From: Mobula hypostoma | Taxonomy: Eukaryota | NCBI RefSeq assembly: GCF_963921235.1 | Contig: NC_086097.1 | Span: 192,202,001 to 192,266,000, forward strand | Reading direction: 5' to 3' | DNA: 64,000 nt | Shown here: positions 23,601 to 35,925 of the stretch, piece by piece | Numbering within the stretch: the stretch's first letter is position 1 | Layout of the letters: each line of letters begins with the position of its first letter | Notes under the pieces: generated by a model | Told to the model about the DNA's origin: nothing | The model's database searches: none | Seen by the model: only the letters and a program-made list of their open reading frames with translations | Position numbers and translations under genes: made by a program

Positions 23601-26600
23601 CTAGCGGAAGTTAGAGAAGTCAATGTTCATGCCATCAGGTTGGAGGCTACCCAGACGGAATATAAGGTGTTGTTCCTCCAACCTGAGTGTGGCTTCATCT
23701 TTACAGTAGAGGAGGCCGTGGATAGACATGTCAGAATGGGAATGGGATGTGGAATTAAAATGTGTGGCCACTGGGAGATCCTGCTTTCTCTGGCGGACAG
23801 AGCGTAGATGTTCAGCAAAGCGGTCTCCCAGTCTGCGTCGGGTCTCACCAATATATAAAAGGCCACATCGGGAGCACCGGACACAGTATATCACCCCAGT
23901 CGACTCACAGGTGAAGTGATGCCTCACCTGGAAGGACTGTTTGGGGCCCTGAATGGTGGTAAGGGAGGAAGTGTAAGGGCATGTGTAGCACTTGTTCCGC
24001 TTACACGGATAAGTGCCAGGAGGGAGATCAGTGGGGAGGGATGGGGGGGACGAATGGACAAGGGAGTTGTGTAGGGAGCGATCCCTGCGGAATGCGGGGG
24101 GGGGGAGGGAAAGATGAGCTTAGTGGTGGGATCCCGTTGGAGGTGGCGGAAGTTACGGAGAATAATATGTTGGACCCGGAGGCTGGTGGGGTGGTAGGTG
24201 AGGACCAGGGGAACCCTATTCCTAGTGGGGTGGTGGGAGGATGGAGTGAGAGCAGATGTACGTGAAATGGGGGAGATGCGTTTAAGAGCAGAGTTGATAG
24301 TGGAGGAAGGGAAGCCCCTTTCTTTAAAAAAGGAAGATATCTCCCTCGTCCTAGAATGAAAAGCCTCATCCTGAGAGCAGATGCGGCGGAGACGGAGGAA
24401 TTGCGAGAAGGGGATGGCGTTTTTGCAAGAGACAGGGTGAGAAGAGGAATAGTCCAGATAGCTGTGAGAGTCAGTAGGCTTATAGTAGACATCAGTGGAT
24501 AAGCTGTCTCCAGAGACAGAGACAGAAAGATCTAGAAAGGGGAGGGAGGTGTCGAAAATGGACCATGTAAACTTGAGGGCAGGGTGAAAGTTGGAGGCAA
24601 AGTTAATAAAGTCAACGAGTTCTGCATGCGTGCAGGAAGCAGCGCCAATGCAGTCGTCGATGTAGCGAAGGAAAAGTGGGGGACAGATACCAGAATAGGC
24701 ACGGAACATAGATTGTTCCACAAACCCAACAAAAAGGCAGGCATAGCTAGGACCCATACGGGTGCCCATAGTTTGGAGGAAATGGGAGGAGCAAAAGGAG
24801 AAATTATTAAGAGTAAGGACTAATTCCGCTAGACGGAGCAGACTGGTGGTAGAGGGGAACTGATTAGGTCTGGAATCCAAAAAGAAGCGTAGAGCTTTGA
24901 GACCTTCCTGATGGGGGATGGAAGTATATAAGGACTGGACATCCATGGTGAAAATAAAGCGGTGGGGGCCAGGGAACTGAAAATCATCGAAAAGTTTAAG
25001 AGCGTGAGAAGTGTCACGAACATAGGTCGGAAGGGATTGAACAAGGGGTGATAAAACAGTGTCGAGGTATGCAGAAACGAGTTCGGTGGGGCAGGAGCAA
25101 GCTGAGACAATAGGTCGGCCAGGACAGGCAGGTTTGTGGATCTTGGGTAGGAGGTAGAAACGGGAAGTGCGGGGTGTGGGAACTATAAGGTTGGTAGCAG
25201 TGGATGGGAGATCCCCTGAGCGGATAAAGTCGTTGATAGTGTGGGAGACAATGGCCTGGTGCTCCTTAGTGGGGTCACGATCGAGGGGTAAATAAGAGGA
25301 GGTATCCGCGAGTTGTCGCTGTGCCTCGGCAAGGTAGAGGTCAGTACGCCAGACTACAACAGCACCCGCTTTATCAGCGGGTTTAATAATAATGTTAGGA
25401 TTAGTGCGGAGGGAGTGGAGAGCAGAGCATTCCGAAGGAGTGAGGTTGGAATGGGGACAAGGTGCGGTGAAGTCGAGACGGTTGATGTCCCGTCGGCAGT
25501 TGGCAATAAAGAGATCCAGAGCAGGCAGAAGACCAGAGCGGGGTGTCCATGAAGAAGAGGACGGTTGAAGACGGGAGAAGGGGTCATCGGTGGGGATGGA
25601 AGAGTCCTTGCCGAAGAAGTAGGCTCGGAGACGGAGACGGCGGAAGAAAAGTTCCGCATCGTGGCAAACACGGAACTCGTTGAGGTGTGGGCGAAGGGGG
25701 ACAAACGTGAGGACCTTACTAAGAACAGAGCGTTCTGCCTCCGACAGTTGAAGGTCGGAGGGGATGGTAAAGACCCGGCACGGATGAGAGCTGGGATCAG
25801 AGGGGGGAGGGGGGAGGCTGGTGGTGTCAGTGGAGAGGGTAGGGTTGGGGTGAGAGAAAGATGGAGCCTCTGAGGGCCCAGGAGTTGACGGTGGGATCTG
25901 AGGAAGATGGGGCTGCGGAGTGGTGGTGGGGGAAGGGGAGACGGGAGTCACAACAGCAGCACATAAAGACCCGGCCTGGAGTTCAAGGCTGGCGTCGCAG
26001 TTGGTGGTTGCGCACTCACTGTGAAGGTGTCCATGGTCGTTGCTGGAGTCCGGGTTTTGAATATGTCCTGAGGTGTTGGAGCCGCCGAGATCAATGGCAG
26101 GGGCCGCAATTGAAAGTTCATGCCTGCTAGCGTTGGGGCCGGCAGGCTCTGGAGTCCGTAGATGTAAGATCTTACGATCTTTGCCTAACATGACAAAGTC
26201 AAAAAAACGGCGATTGCAGGCGTGGATCCAACGGAGGATGAAATAACGGGTAGGACCATTACAGACAGCGAAGAAAGTGTCCCGAAGGTGTGGAAGGGTC
26301 TGGGATAGGGACACCAAGTACCTCCTCATGGTGGAGAGCGTCGCCTTCAGAGCTTGACAGGAGAAGCGGCGAGAGGCAGAGTCAATAAAATGTGAGTACC
26401 TGGGATCCTCAGAAGGTCCAAATTGAGAGGCTTGGAAACGAATCCTAAAGCCAACTGGAGTAAGTTGGCGACGGAGGCACATTCCAAGAAAGGATATATG
26501 GCTGTGATAGCGAGTTTGAGTCAAAGTGTGGTCGAAAAGTTGAAGAGCCGAAGAAATTACAGATGGGGAGCAGTGAGAGATGGTTTCACTGAACTCCCGT

Positions 26601-26636
26601 CGAAGAGAGGATCTAAACTTCTTTGGTGTAGGCATC
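23601..26636 (-). pseudogene. PLE polyprotein (N-terminal domain, RT, Cys-rich linker, GIY-YIG endonuclease) with one frameshift
   Basis: KPADK, LPKIHK, GRPIVS, MDVQSLYT, MGTRMGP, RYIDD; frameshift in the G-run at ~24096-24106, after which the frame reads AFRRDRSL...CKRNKCYTC...VIYCVRCSRCGLLYIGET; likely start MPTPKK (start coordinate approximate). Confidence 0.92.
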
Positions 26637-26670
26637 ACCGGAAGAGGCTTCGCAGTAGTGAATTTAAATG

Positions 26671-27005
26671 CAAACAACAGGAATTCTGCAGATGCTGGAA
26701 ATTCAAGCAACACACATCTAAGTTGCTGGTGAATGCAGCAGGCCAAGCAGCATCTATAGGAAGAGGCGCAGTCGACGTTTCAGGCCGAGACCCTTCGTCA
26801 GGACTAACTGAAGGAAGAGTGAGTAAGGGATTTGAAAGCTGGAGGGGGAGGGGGAGATGCAAAATGATAGGAGAAGACAGGAGGGGGAGGGATAGAGCCG
26901 AGAGCTGGACAGGTGATAGGCAAAAGGGGATACGAGAGGATCATGGGACAGGAGGTCCGGGAAGAAAGACGGTGGAGGGGGGGGGTGACCCAGAGGATGG
27001 GCAAG
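26671..27005 (-). repeat. PLE 5' terminal repeat (truncated tandem copy)
   Basis: Near-identical to 23170-23502. Confidence 0.93.
26770..26805 (-). ncRNA. Minimal hammerhead ribozyme, 5' repeat copy
   Basis: Minus strand agtc-CTGACGA-agggtctcggcct-GAAA-cgtc-gact, intact core. Confidence 0.87.
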
Positions 27006-28110
27006 CTTCTTTAACTCACATGTTTTGGTCATGTCCTTTGTTGGAAAAATATTGGAAAGATATTTTTCTCATTATTTCAACGGTTTTGAATATAGACTTA
27101 TTACCTCATCCAATTACTGCTATCTTTGGATTACCAATGATAGATTCAAGTTATCTAACCTCTTCAGCACGTAGGATGATTGCATTTCTTACTCTAATGG
27201 CTAGAAGATCTATTTTGCTGAATTGGAAAGAGATTAACCCTCCTACTGTATTCCATTGGTTTTCACAAACTATGGTGTATTTGAATTTGGAAAAAATTAG
27301 AAGTGCGGTTTATGACCCTTCCAATAAATTTGAAAAAACTTGGAGGCCATTTATTCAGCATTTTCATTTGATGTAAGTTGACCATTTCCAAACTTGTTTT
27401 ATTTCTCTGTACCGCTTGTTGAGAGGAGCGGAGTTGTCGACACTAAGTTTTTCTTCTTTCCCATTTTTAAGTTGTTAGTACTGCCCAAGTCTTTAGTTTA
27501 GTTGACTAATTCTGTTTAGTTTTTTTTTGGGATAGGGTTTTTTTTCTTTTTTTCTTTTTCATGTTTTGTTTTCAGTTTTTTGTTTGCTTTGCATTAGTCA
27601 TTCCTATTCTACACAATTGGGAGTTTCATCAATTTATACCATTTGGTCTTATAATTATTTATCTTAACTGTAACAATGTATCTCCTACTATTTGTAATAT
27701 TGTTATGTTATGTTTTCATTCTATGAAATTAATAAAAAAATTGAAAAAGAAAGATAGATTTAGATTCCCCTACTCTGGGAAAAAGACTGTGATTATCTAC
27801 CCTATTTATGCAGTTCATAATTTTGTAAATTTCTGTAAGGTAACCCATCAGCTTTGCTATTTCCAGGAAAAACTGCCTCAGCCTAACCATTTGATGGGCT
27901 AAATAGCCTAATTCTGCACCTATATCTGGTCTAAGTTCTCATATAACTCAAGCCCTGCACGCCTGGCAACATTGTTATGAACTTTCTCTGTGTCCACTCT
28001 TGTTTAATCACATCTTTTTTTGATTGTGGTGGCCAGAACTCCACACAGTACTCCAAGTGTGGTCTTATTAACGTCTTGCTGCTACTGTCCACTAGGAGGT
28101 ACAGAAGCCT

Positions 28111-29156
28111 CACAAGAAACAATTCTGGGTCTAGAGGGAAATTCATCTCCAGAATCTTCCCCAGTACCTCCCCCAGATCTATCCAAAAAGACCTCAGTTT
28201 CGTACATAGCCAGGTGGAATGCAAAAAGGTACCAACATCTATGCCACACCTGAAACACTTGTCAGAAATTTCTGGTTTATTTTTATGTATTTTTTCAGGT
28301 GTGAGGTATACCTGATGTAAAAAATTATTATGTATCATTCTGTATCTAGAGTTGATGAGAGTGGTAACACTATCCAAACATAGATGTGACCAACATTGAT
28401 GATCAATTACAATCCCCAAATCCGACTCCCATCTCTCCCTCGATCTGTATATACCAAGCTTTGGGCATTGGTCCTGGAATAAAGAATACATATTAGAAAA
28501 AAAAGAAAAAAAAAGAAATAAATTTAGCTGTATTCCCTTTTCGAATTAGAACCTTCATGTCTGAGCATTGTTTCTCCTGGGGAACTTAGCCGTTTTGAAC
28601 CTCCCCAGGAATAAATCCAAATGTATTAAAATTGCATTGTCAGTGGACAGGAAATGCATAGCGGTAACATGGAAATCCGATTCCCTTGTACATATTGATC
28701 ATTGGAATAAAGAAATGCAAAGTTGTTTACACCTTGAGAAGATTACTTATACCCTTAGGAATGGATATGCTATGTTCATTGAAATTTGGCAACCATATTT
28801 GGATTACTTAAATGCCCAGATTGTTTAATTTATTTATTTTAATTTTTTATAATTAATGTATCCCTTATTATAAGCCAGTTTCTTCAATTTGTATTTTGAA
28901 CTGACTCTGAGAGCTGGATGCCTACTCTTCTTTTTCTTTCATTCTCTTTTCTTTTTTCTTCTCTCCTTTCTTTCCTCTGTCTTTTATGGTTATTTTTCTC
29001 CCTCCTTTTTTCTAATGAGGGGAGATGGTGTTGGGATAGGTGTTTTTTTTCTCTCGGACTTATTAATGTATTTGAATTTTTTTTCAATATGTATTAATTG
29101 TTGTATTAATAGAGTCCTTATATTTCTTCTTTAAAAAATTAAATAAAATATATATA
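28111..29156 (+). mobile_element. 5'-inverted L1 3' fragment inserted in a Rex1 3' end
   Basis: Minus part ~28111-28563 (WESDLG...CFRC...FLHSTWLC...DPELFL) continues as plus part 28567-28828 (LFLLGN...IWQPYL); 17-bp TSD aggaggtacagaagcct at 28094-28110 and 29157-29173. Confidence 0.9.
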
Positions 29157-30399
29157 AGGAGGTACAGAAGCCTGAAGTCCCACACCAACAGATTCGGAAG
29201 CAGCCACTTGCCTACAAGTATTAGGTTCTTGAACCAACCGTAAACTTACCTCAGCAGTGGAGTACTACGACCACCTCTTGAACTACCATGAATTTGTCTT
29301 TTTTTTGCACTAAAGTATTCTTTCTTTTTCTCTCACCCTTCACTCTTGTATAACTTATGCATAATTTATATTCTGTGTGTTGTCTGTACACACATGCCTG
29401 TGATATTACTACAAGTATGTTTTTCACTGTACATATGGCAATAAATTCAATTTGACTTGACTTCTAAAGCTGAACATGATGTCTCACCTCCTGTATTCAA
29501 TGCCCTGTGAGCTGAAGGTAAATATGCTATAGAACCTATTCACCACCCTAATTCTGTTGACTCTGTCAAGGAGCCATGTCCATGTACCTTATTTCAACAA
29601 TCCACCCAGGGTTCTGTCATTCACTGTGAATGTCCAATGCTGCTTTGACTTCCCAAATTACCATCATTTTACATTATCTGAGTTACATTTCATCTGCTAC
29701 TCCTTTTCCCACTTTCCCAGTTGATCCTGATACTGTTTTAGCCTTCTTTGCTGTTCACTTTACCACCAATTTTGACATCATTCACAATCCTACGTATTGA
29801 GGCAAGTTCAAGAAGGGACCAGTCTTAAGTATGAATGTTAATATTTAATTTCTGATTTGATGAGCTTACAATTATATCTCTTGGCCTGTTTTACATGAAA
29901 TCTCTCTCTTTAGCTTTTGTTTTGTTGAATCCTTATATTGCTTTAAAATGGAGAAGATGTTAATTCCTTTTGACAAACTGGCTGCTAAAATGGCCCAGGT
30001 ACTAAGCCAATATATGCTACCTGGATCCCACTATTTTAATCTATTTTCCTGAAGAACAGAATGCTTGCTCAAAGCTGGAGAGATAGGCATGCTGAATTCC
30101 ATCATGTTAGCATGGGACAGATAGTTCAGACCCAATTTTATTAGTTATTCTTACAATCAGACCTTCTATTCTTTATGATCATGAGATTTAATGATCAGAT
30201 ATAGGCTATGGTCTTATGTCATCTACAAATTGTAGCAATATGTTACCTTATAATGAGAACAATATTAGCCAATGAATCAACACATCTGTGCTACTTTTTC
30301 CTGAGATCAATTTAAAATAATTTCTTCTGCTCTTTTCTATTGATCAACGTGCAGCCAATTTAGAACCACAGTTTTAATTTTACGTTTATATTTAAAGTC

Positions 30400-31260
30400 C
30401 CTAAAATAGATAAGAAAAACAATAGGTGCATAGAAAGGTTGTAAAGAGATCAGATAGTTCAGGTGCATTGGCAAAATAAGGTATAACATGCGTAAATGAG
30501 AAAATAATTATTGGCAGAAATATATAAGCTAAGCATATTATCTAAATGATGAATGATTTCATAGCTCAGATGTGTAGTGGGTATCCTAGTTCTTCATACG
30601 TTAGCGGCTGTTCTATAGGTACAATAACTAATTGAGAAAGGAAACAGAATACTATTACTTTTTTGTTTAGGGGATGAATTCAGAAGTAGAGATTCTATAT
30701 CACAAATGCTAATACTCTGGTGAGAGCCCATTATGTACAGTATTGCTCTTATTTAAAGATGTTAGCGCATTAGAAGTAGTTCACAGTGGGTTCATTAGAC
30801 TAATACCTGGAATAAGCACGTTGTCATGAGGTAAAAGTGGACAGGTTAAGCTTGTATCCTCTAGGGTGTTGAAGAAGGAGAGGCGAATTGATTGAAAGAT
30901 CTAAGATCCTGAGAGTCTTGACATGGTGGAAGTGGAAAGGAAGTTTCTTCTTGTGGGATAATTTGGACTAGGGGGCCACTGCATAATAAAAAAAAATGGT
31001 TGTCCATTTAGTACAGCGATGAAGAATTTGTTTTCCCCTCAGTAGGTTGTGAAGTTCTGAACTCTGTTCCTCAAAGGGAAGTGAAAGCAGAAACTATAGA
31101 TATTTATAAGGCAGGGGTTTGATAATCAAAATGATAAAAGGCTATGTTGAGCAGTGTTGAATTGGAATTAAATCAACCATCATCTTATTCAATTGCGGAG
31201 AAGCTCAAAGGGCCAAGAGGCCCATTCCAGCTCTCATTTTGAATATTCCCATGTTCATCT
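30400..31260 (+). mobile_element. Highly degenerate CR1 3' portion
   Basis: Residual similarity to CR1 RT C-terminus and 3'UTR; no long ORF. Confidence 0.55.
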
Positions 31261-31803
31261 ATTTTAATCATCTTTCTCTTCAAGCCAGTTTATGAGGTAC
31301 ATCATTGATTCATTTTGAAAAACTATACACCCCATGTCTTCTGCTCACTCTTTTCTATCTAAAACATTTTCAAGAAATTTTACTTTATTGTTGAACCCAA
31401 ATTAACTTGAACAAATTGTGCCATGTTCCAGTCACTTTTACACAAACACTGAATTTGTTTAACAGTTCCCATAATTGCAAGATGACCCAAATATTTTATG
31501 GTTATCTAAGTACCTCTTAAAATTTATTATGTGTGTGGCTGCTGAATTAATGTGTGCATCAGTTAAAATTTCTCAGTGATTTGATTAGCTCTGTGTTTAT
31601 CTTCAAAGTAGTATCATGGAACCTGTGTCTGTCTGAGAAACTTGAGATCTGCTTGTGTGAACTTTTCAAAAAGATGGCATCTCCAGCAATGCATCCCTCT
31701 CTCAGTACTCCAATGGGTGCCAGCTCATGCTTTTGTTTTCAAGTCAAGTAAATGTATAAATTGATGCAAGAACTGTCTGCAGCTGGAACATTTAGGATCT
31801 TAA

Positions 31804-32460
31804 TTGTGCCCTGTGGCCGTCCCCACCAATAATAAGCACATCGTTTTGGATACTGTTGATGGGGACGACCTACAAGGGACAAGTTGCTGTGGTTGTGTCT
31901 CTGGCACCGAGATGGGATCCTCAACTCAGAAGGGAAGGAGGGAAAAGAGGAGAGCACTAGTGATGGGGGATTCGATAGTTAGGGGGACAGATAAGAGGTT
32001 CTGTGGAAGAGATCAAGAATCCCGGATGGTCTGTTGCCTCCCTGGTGCCAAGGTCCGCGATATATCGGATCGAGTCCTCGGTATTCTCAAGAGGGAGGGT
32101 GAGCAGCCGGATGTTGTGGTCCATGTAGGGACCAATGACGTGGATAAGAAGAGTGAGGAGGTCCTGAAAGGAGAGTTTGGGGAGTTAGGAGCCAAGTTAA
32201 AGGACAGGACCTCCAGGATAGCAATCTCAGGATTGCTACCAGTGCCATGTGCAGGCGGGTTTAGAAATAGTAAGATAGCACAGATCAACATGTGGCTGAA
32301 GACATGGTGCAGGATGGAACGCTTCAGATTTATAGATAATTGGGCAGTTTTCCAGGGAAGGTGGAACCTGTTCCGGCGGGGCGGTGTACAACTGAACTGG
32401 AGGGGGACAAATATTCTTGCAGGTAGATTTGCTAGAGAGGCTGTGGTGGATTTAAACTAG
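31804..32460 (+). pseudogene. CR1 ORF1 SGNH/GDSL esterase-like domain
   Basis: VMGDSIVRG, CLPGA, VVVHVGTND blocks; the D-x-x-H block is degenerate (GGVQLN). Confidence 0.88.
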
Positions 32461-34761
32461 ATACAAGGGGAGAGGGGAACCAGAGTGTAGGAACAGATGT
32501 AGGGAAGAAGGAAGAAAAAGAAAATAGTAAAGTTGTTTGCACCGTCAGTGATAAACAGAGGGTAAGAGGTGGAAAATTTCTTAAATGCATTTATTTTAAT
32601 GCCAGGAACATTATAAGAAAGGCTTAAAGCATGGATTGATACCTGGAAGTATGACGTGGTAGCTATTAGTGAAACATGGTTACAAGAGAGGTGTGATTGG
32701 CAACTAAATATTTCTGGATTTAATTGCTTCAGGTGTGATAGAATGGGAGGGACAAGAGGGGGAGGTGTTGCATTGCTTGTCAGAGAAAATATTACAGTTG
32801 TGCTCTGGCAGGATAGATTAGAGGGCTCGTCTAGGGAAGCTATTTGGGTGGAACTGAGGAATGAGAAAGGTGTAATAACTCTTATGGGGGTGTATTATAG
32901 ACCACTAAATGGGGAGCGAGAATTAGAGGAGCAAATTTGTAAGGAGATAGCAGATATTTGTAGTAAGCACAAGGTCATGATTGTGGGAGATTTTAATTTT
33001 CCACACATAAACTGGGAAGCCCATACTGTAAAAGGGCTGGATGGTTTGGAGTTTGTAAAATGTATGCAGGATAGTTTTTTGCAGCAATACATAGAGGTAC
33101 CAGTGAGAGAAGGGGCAGTGTTGGATCTCCTGTTAGCGAATGAGATAGGTCAGGTGACAGAGGTTTGTGTTGGGAAGCACTTTGGGTCCAGTGATCACAA
33201 TGCTATTAGTTTCAATATAATTATGGAGAAGGATAGGTCTGGACCCAGGGTTGAGATTTTTGATTGGAGAAAGGCTAACTGTGAGGATATGCGAAAGGAT
33301 TTAGAAGGAGTGGATTGGGACAGTTTGTTTTATGGGAAGAATGTAATAGAGAAATGGAGGTCATTTAAAGGTGAAATTTTGAGAGTACAGAATCTTTATG
33401 TTCCTTGTTCAGATAAAAGGAAAGGTTAAAAGTTTGAGAGAGCCATGGTTTTCAAGGGATCTTGGAAACTTGGTTCGGAAAAAGAGAGAGATCTACAATA
33501 AGTATAAGCAGCATGGAGAAAATGAGGTGCTTGAGGAATATAAAGAATGTAAAAAGAATCTTAAGAAAGAAATTAGAAAAGCTAAAAGAAAATATGAGGC
33601 TGCTTTGGCAAGTAACGTGAAAATAAATCCTAAGGGTTTCTACTGTTATATTAGTAACAAAAGGATAGTGAGGGATAAAATTGGTCCCTTAGAGAATCAG
33701 AGTGGACAGCTATGTGTGGAGCCAAAAGAGATGGGAGAGATTCTGAACAATTTCTTTTCTTCGGTATACACTAAGGAGAAGTATATTGAATTGGGTAAGA
33801 TAAGAGAAACAGGTAGGGTAGTTATGGAAACTATGATGATTAAAGAAGAGGAAGTACTGGAGCTTTTAAGGAATATAAAAGTGGATAAGTCTCCGGGTCC
33901 TGACAGGATATTCCTTAGGACCTTGAGGGAAGTTAGTGTGGAAATAGTAGGGGCTCTGACAGAAATATTTCAAATATCATTAGAAACGAGCATGGTGCCA
34001 GCGGATTGGTGTATTGCTCATGTTGTTCCATTGTTTAAAAAGGGTTCTAAGAGTAAACCTAGCAATTATCGGCCTGTGAGTTTGATGTCAGTGAAGGGTA
34101 AATTGATGGAAAGTATTCTTAGGGATGGTATATATAATTATCTGGATAGACAGGGTCTCATTAGGAACAGTCAACATGGATTTGTGCGTGGAAGGTATGT
34201 TTGACAAATCTTACTGAATTTTTTGAAGAGGTTACTTGGAAGGTTGACGAAGGTAAAGTGGTGGATGTTGTCTATATGGACATCAGTAAGGCCTTTGTCA
34301 AGGTCCCACATGGAAGGTTGGTTAGGAAGGTTCAATTGTTAGGTATTAATATTGAAGTAGTAAAATGGATTCAGCAGTGGCTGGATGGGAGACGTCAGAG
34401 AGTGGTGGTGGAGGTCGGTGACAAGTGGTGTGCCTCAAGGATCTGTATTGGGTCCAATGTTATTTTTCATATACATTAATGATCTGGATGTTGGGGTGGT
34501 AAATTGGATGAGTAAGTATGAAGATGATACTAAGACAGGTGGAGTTGTGGATAATGAAGTAGGCTTTCAAAGCTTGCAGAGTGATTTAGATCAATTAGAA
34601 GAGTGGGCTGAAGGACAGCAGATGGAGTTTAATGCTGATAAATGAGAGGTGTTACATTTTGGTAGGACTAATCAAAATAGGACATGCATGGTAAATGGTA
34701 GGGCACTGAAGAATGCTGTAGAACTGAGGGATCTAGGAATAATGGTGCATATTTCCGTGAA

Positions 34762-34998
34762 TAGTTCACCCAGAGAGTGGTGGATATATGGAATGCTCTG
34801 CCCCAGAAGGCTCTGGAGGCCAAGTCTCTGGATGCTTTCAAAAAAGAGATGGATAGAGCTCTTAAAGATAGTGGAATCAAAGGTTATGGGGATAAGGCAG
34901 GAACTGGATACTGATAGTGGATGATCAGCCATGATCACAGCGAATGGCAGTACTGGCTTGAAGGGCCGAATGGCCTACTCCTGCACCTATTGTCTATT
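34762..34998 (+). mobile_element. Short CR1 3' end of another subfamily nested in the CR1 ORF2
   Basis: ttcacccagagagtggtg...gggccgaatggcctactcctgcacctattgtctattg interrupts the RT sequence, which resumes at gaaggtggaatctc. Confidence 0.8.
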
Positions 34999-35925
34999 GA
35001 AGGTGGAATCTCATGTGGATCGGATGGTGAAGAAAACTCTTGGTATGCTGGCCTTTATAAATCAGAGCATTGAGTATAGGAGTTGGGATGTAATGTTGAA
35101 ATTGTGCAAGGCATTTGGTGTGGCCAAATTTGGAGTATTGTGTACAATTTTGGTCACCAAACTATAGGAAAGATGTCAACAAAATAGAGAGAGTACAGAG
35201 ATTTACTAGAATGTTGCCTGGGTTTCATCACCTAAGTTACAGAGAAAGGTTGAACAAGTTGGGTCTTTATTCTTTGGAATGTAGAAGGTTGAGGGGGGAC
35301 TTGATAGAGGTATTTAAAATTATGAGGGGAATAGATAGAGTTGACATGGATAGGCTTTTTCCATTGAGAGTGGGGGAGATTCAAGAAAGAGGACATGAGT
35401 TGAGAATTAAAGAGCAAAAGTTTAGGGGTAACTTGAGGGGAACTTCTTTACTCAGAGAGTGGTAGCTGTGTGGAACGAGCTTCCGGCAGAAGTGGTTGAG
35501 GCAGTTTGGATGTTGTTGTTTAAAGTTAAATTGAACAACTATATGGACAGGAAAGGAATGGAGGGTTATGGAGTGAGTGTGAGTTGATGGGACTAGGTGA
35601 GAGTAAGAGTTTGGCACGGACTAGAAGGGCAACACACAAAATGCTAGAGGAACTCAGCAAGTTATGGAACACCTAAGGAGGGGAATAAATCATCCATGTT
35701 TTGAGGTGAAGCACTTCATCAGAGCAATAATTTTAATTGGGACAATTAAAAGGAAAGCAGCAATGATCCCTGGCCCTTTAAGCTTGCATCAAAGGAGCTC
35801 AGCTGATCATTATCCACTCCATCTTCTTCAGCACTTGCTGGAATACTACGGCTGCAGAATGCATCACCTAAAGGTTAACTGCATTAACTTGCCAAGACTT
35901 CTTTGACAGCATCCTCTGACCTTCT

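Larger units (their letters stand above)
23172..27003 (-). mobile_element. Near full-length Penelope-like element with direct terminal repeats
   Basis: RT + GIY-YIG, repeats at 23170-23502 and 26671-27005, 15-bp TSD agcttctttaactca at 23157-23171 and 27004-27018. Confidence 0.96.
20697..27758 (+). mobile_element. L1-clade LINE, 5'-truncated, split by the PLE insertion
   Basis: ORF2 pieces at 20695..23171 and 27004..27376, T-rich 3'UTR, AATAAA and A-rich tail at ~27731-27753; candidate TSD tttagatt at 20689-20696 and 27759-27766. Confidence 0.92.
31800..35630 (+). mobile_element. CR1 LINE with ORF1 (esterase part) and disrupted ORF2
   Basis: ORF1 31804..32460; ORF2 pieces 32656..33429 (ISETWL, GDFN, SDH), 33398..34204, 34201..34645 and 35115..35465. 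Confidence 0.93.

Noticed and set aside
26423..27376. 317-aa plus-strand ORF
   Set aside because: Chimera of antisense PLE terminal repeat read into the L1 ORF2 C-terminus across the insertion junction
27931..28491. 186-aa ORF as one protein
   Set aside because: Runs across inverted L1, Rex1 target sequence and CR1; a junction artefact
31804..32460. SGNH esterase as a captured host enzyme
   Set aside because: Esterase domains are an established part of CR1 ORF1, and it lies directly upstream of ORF2
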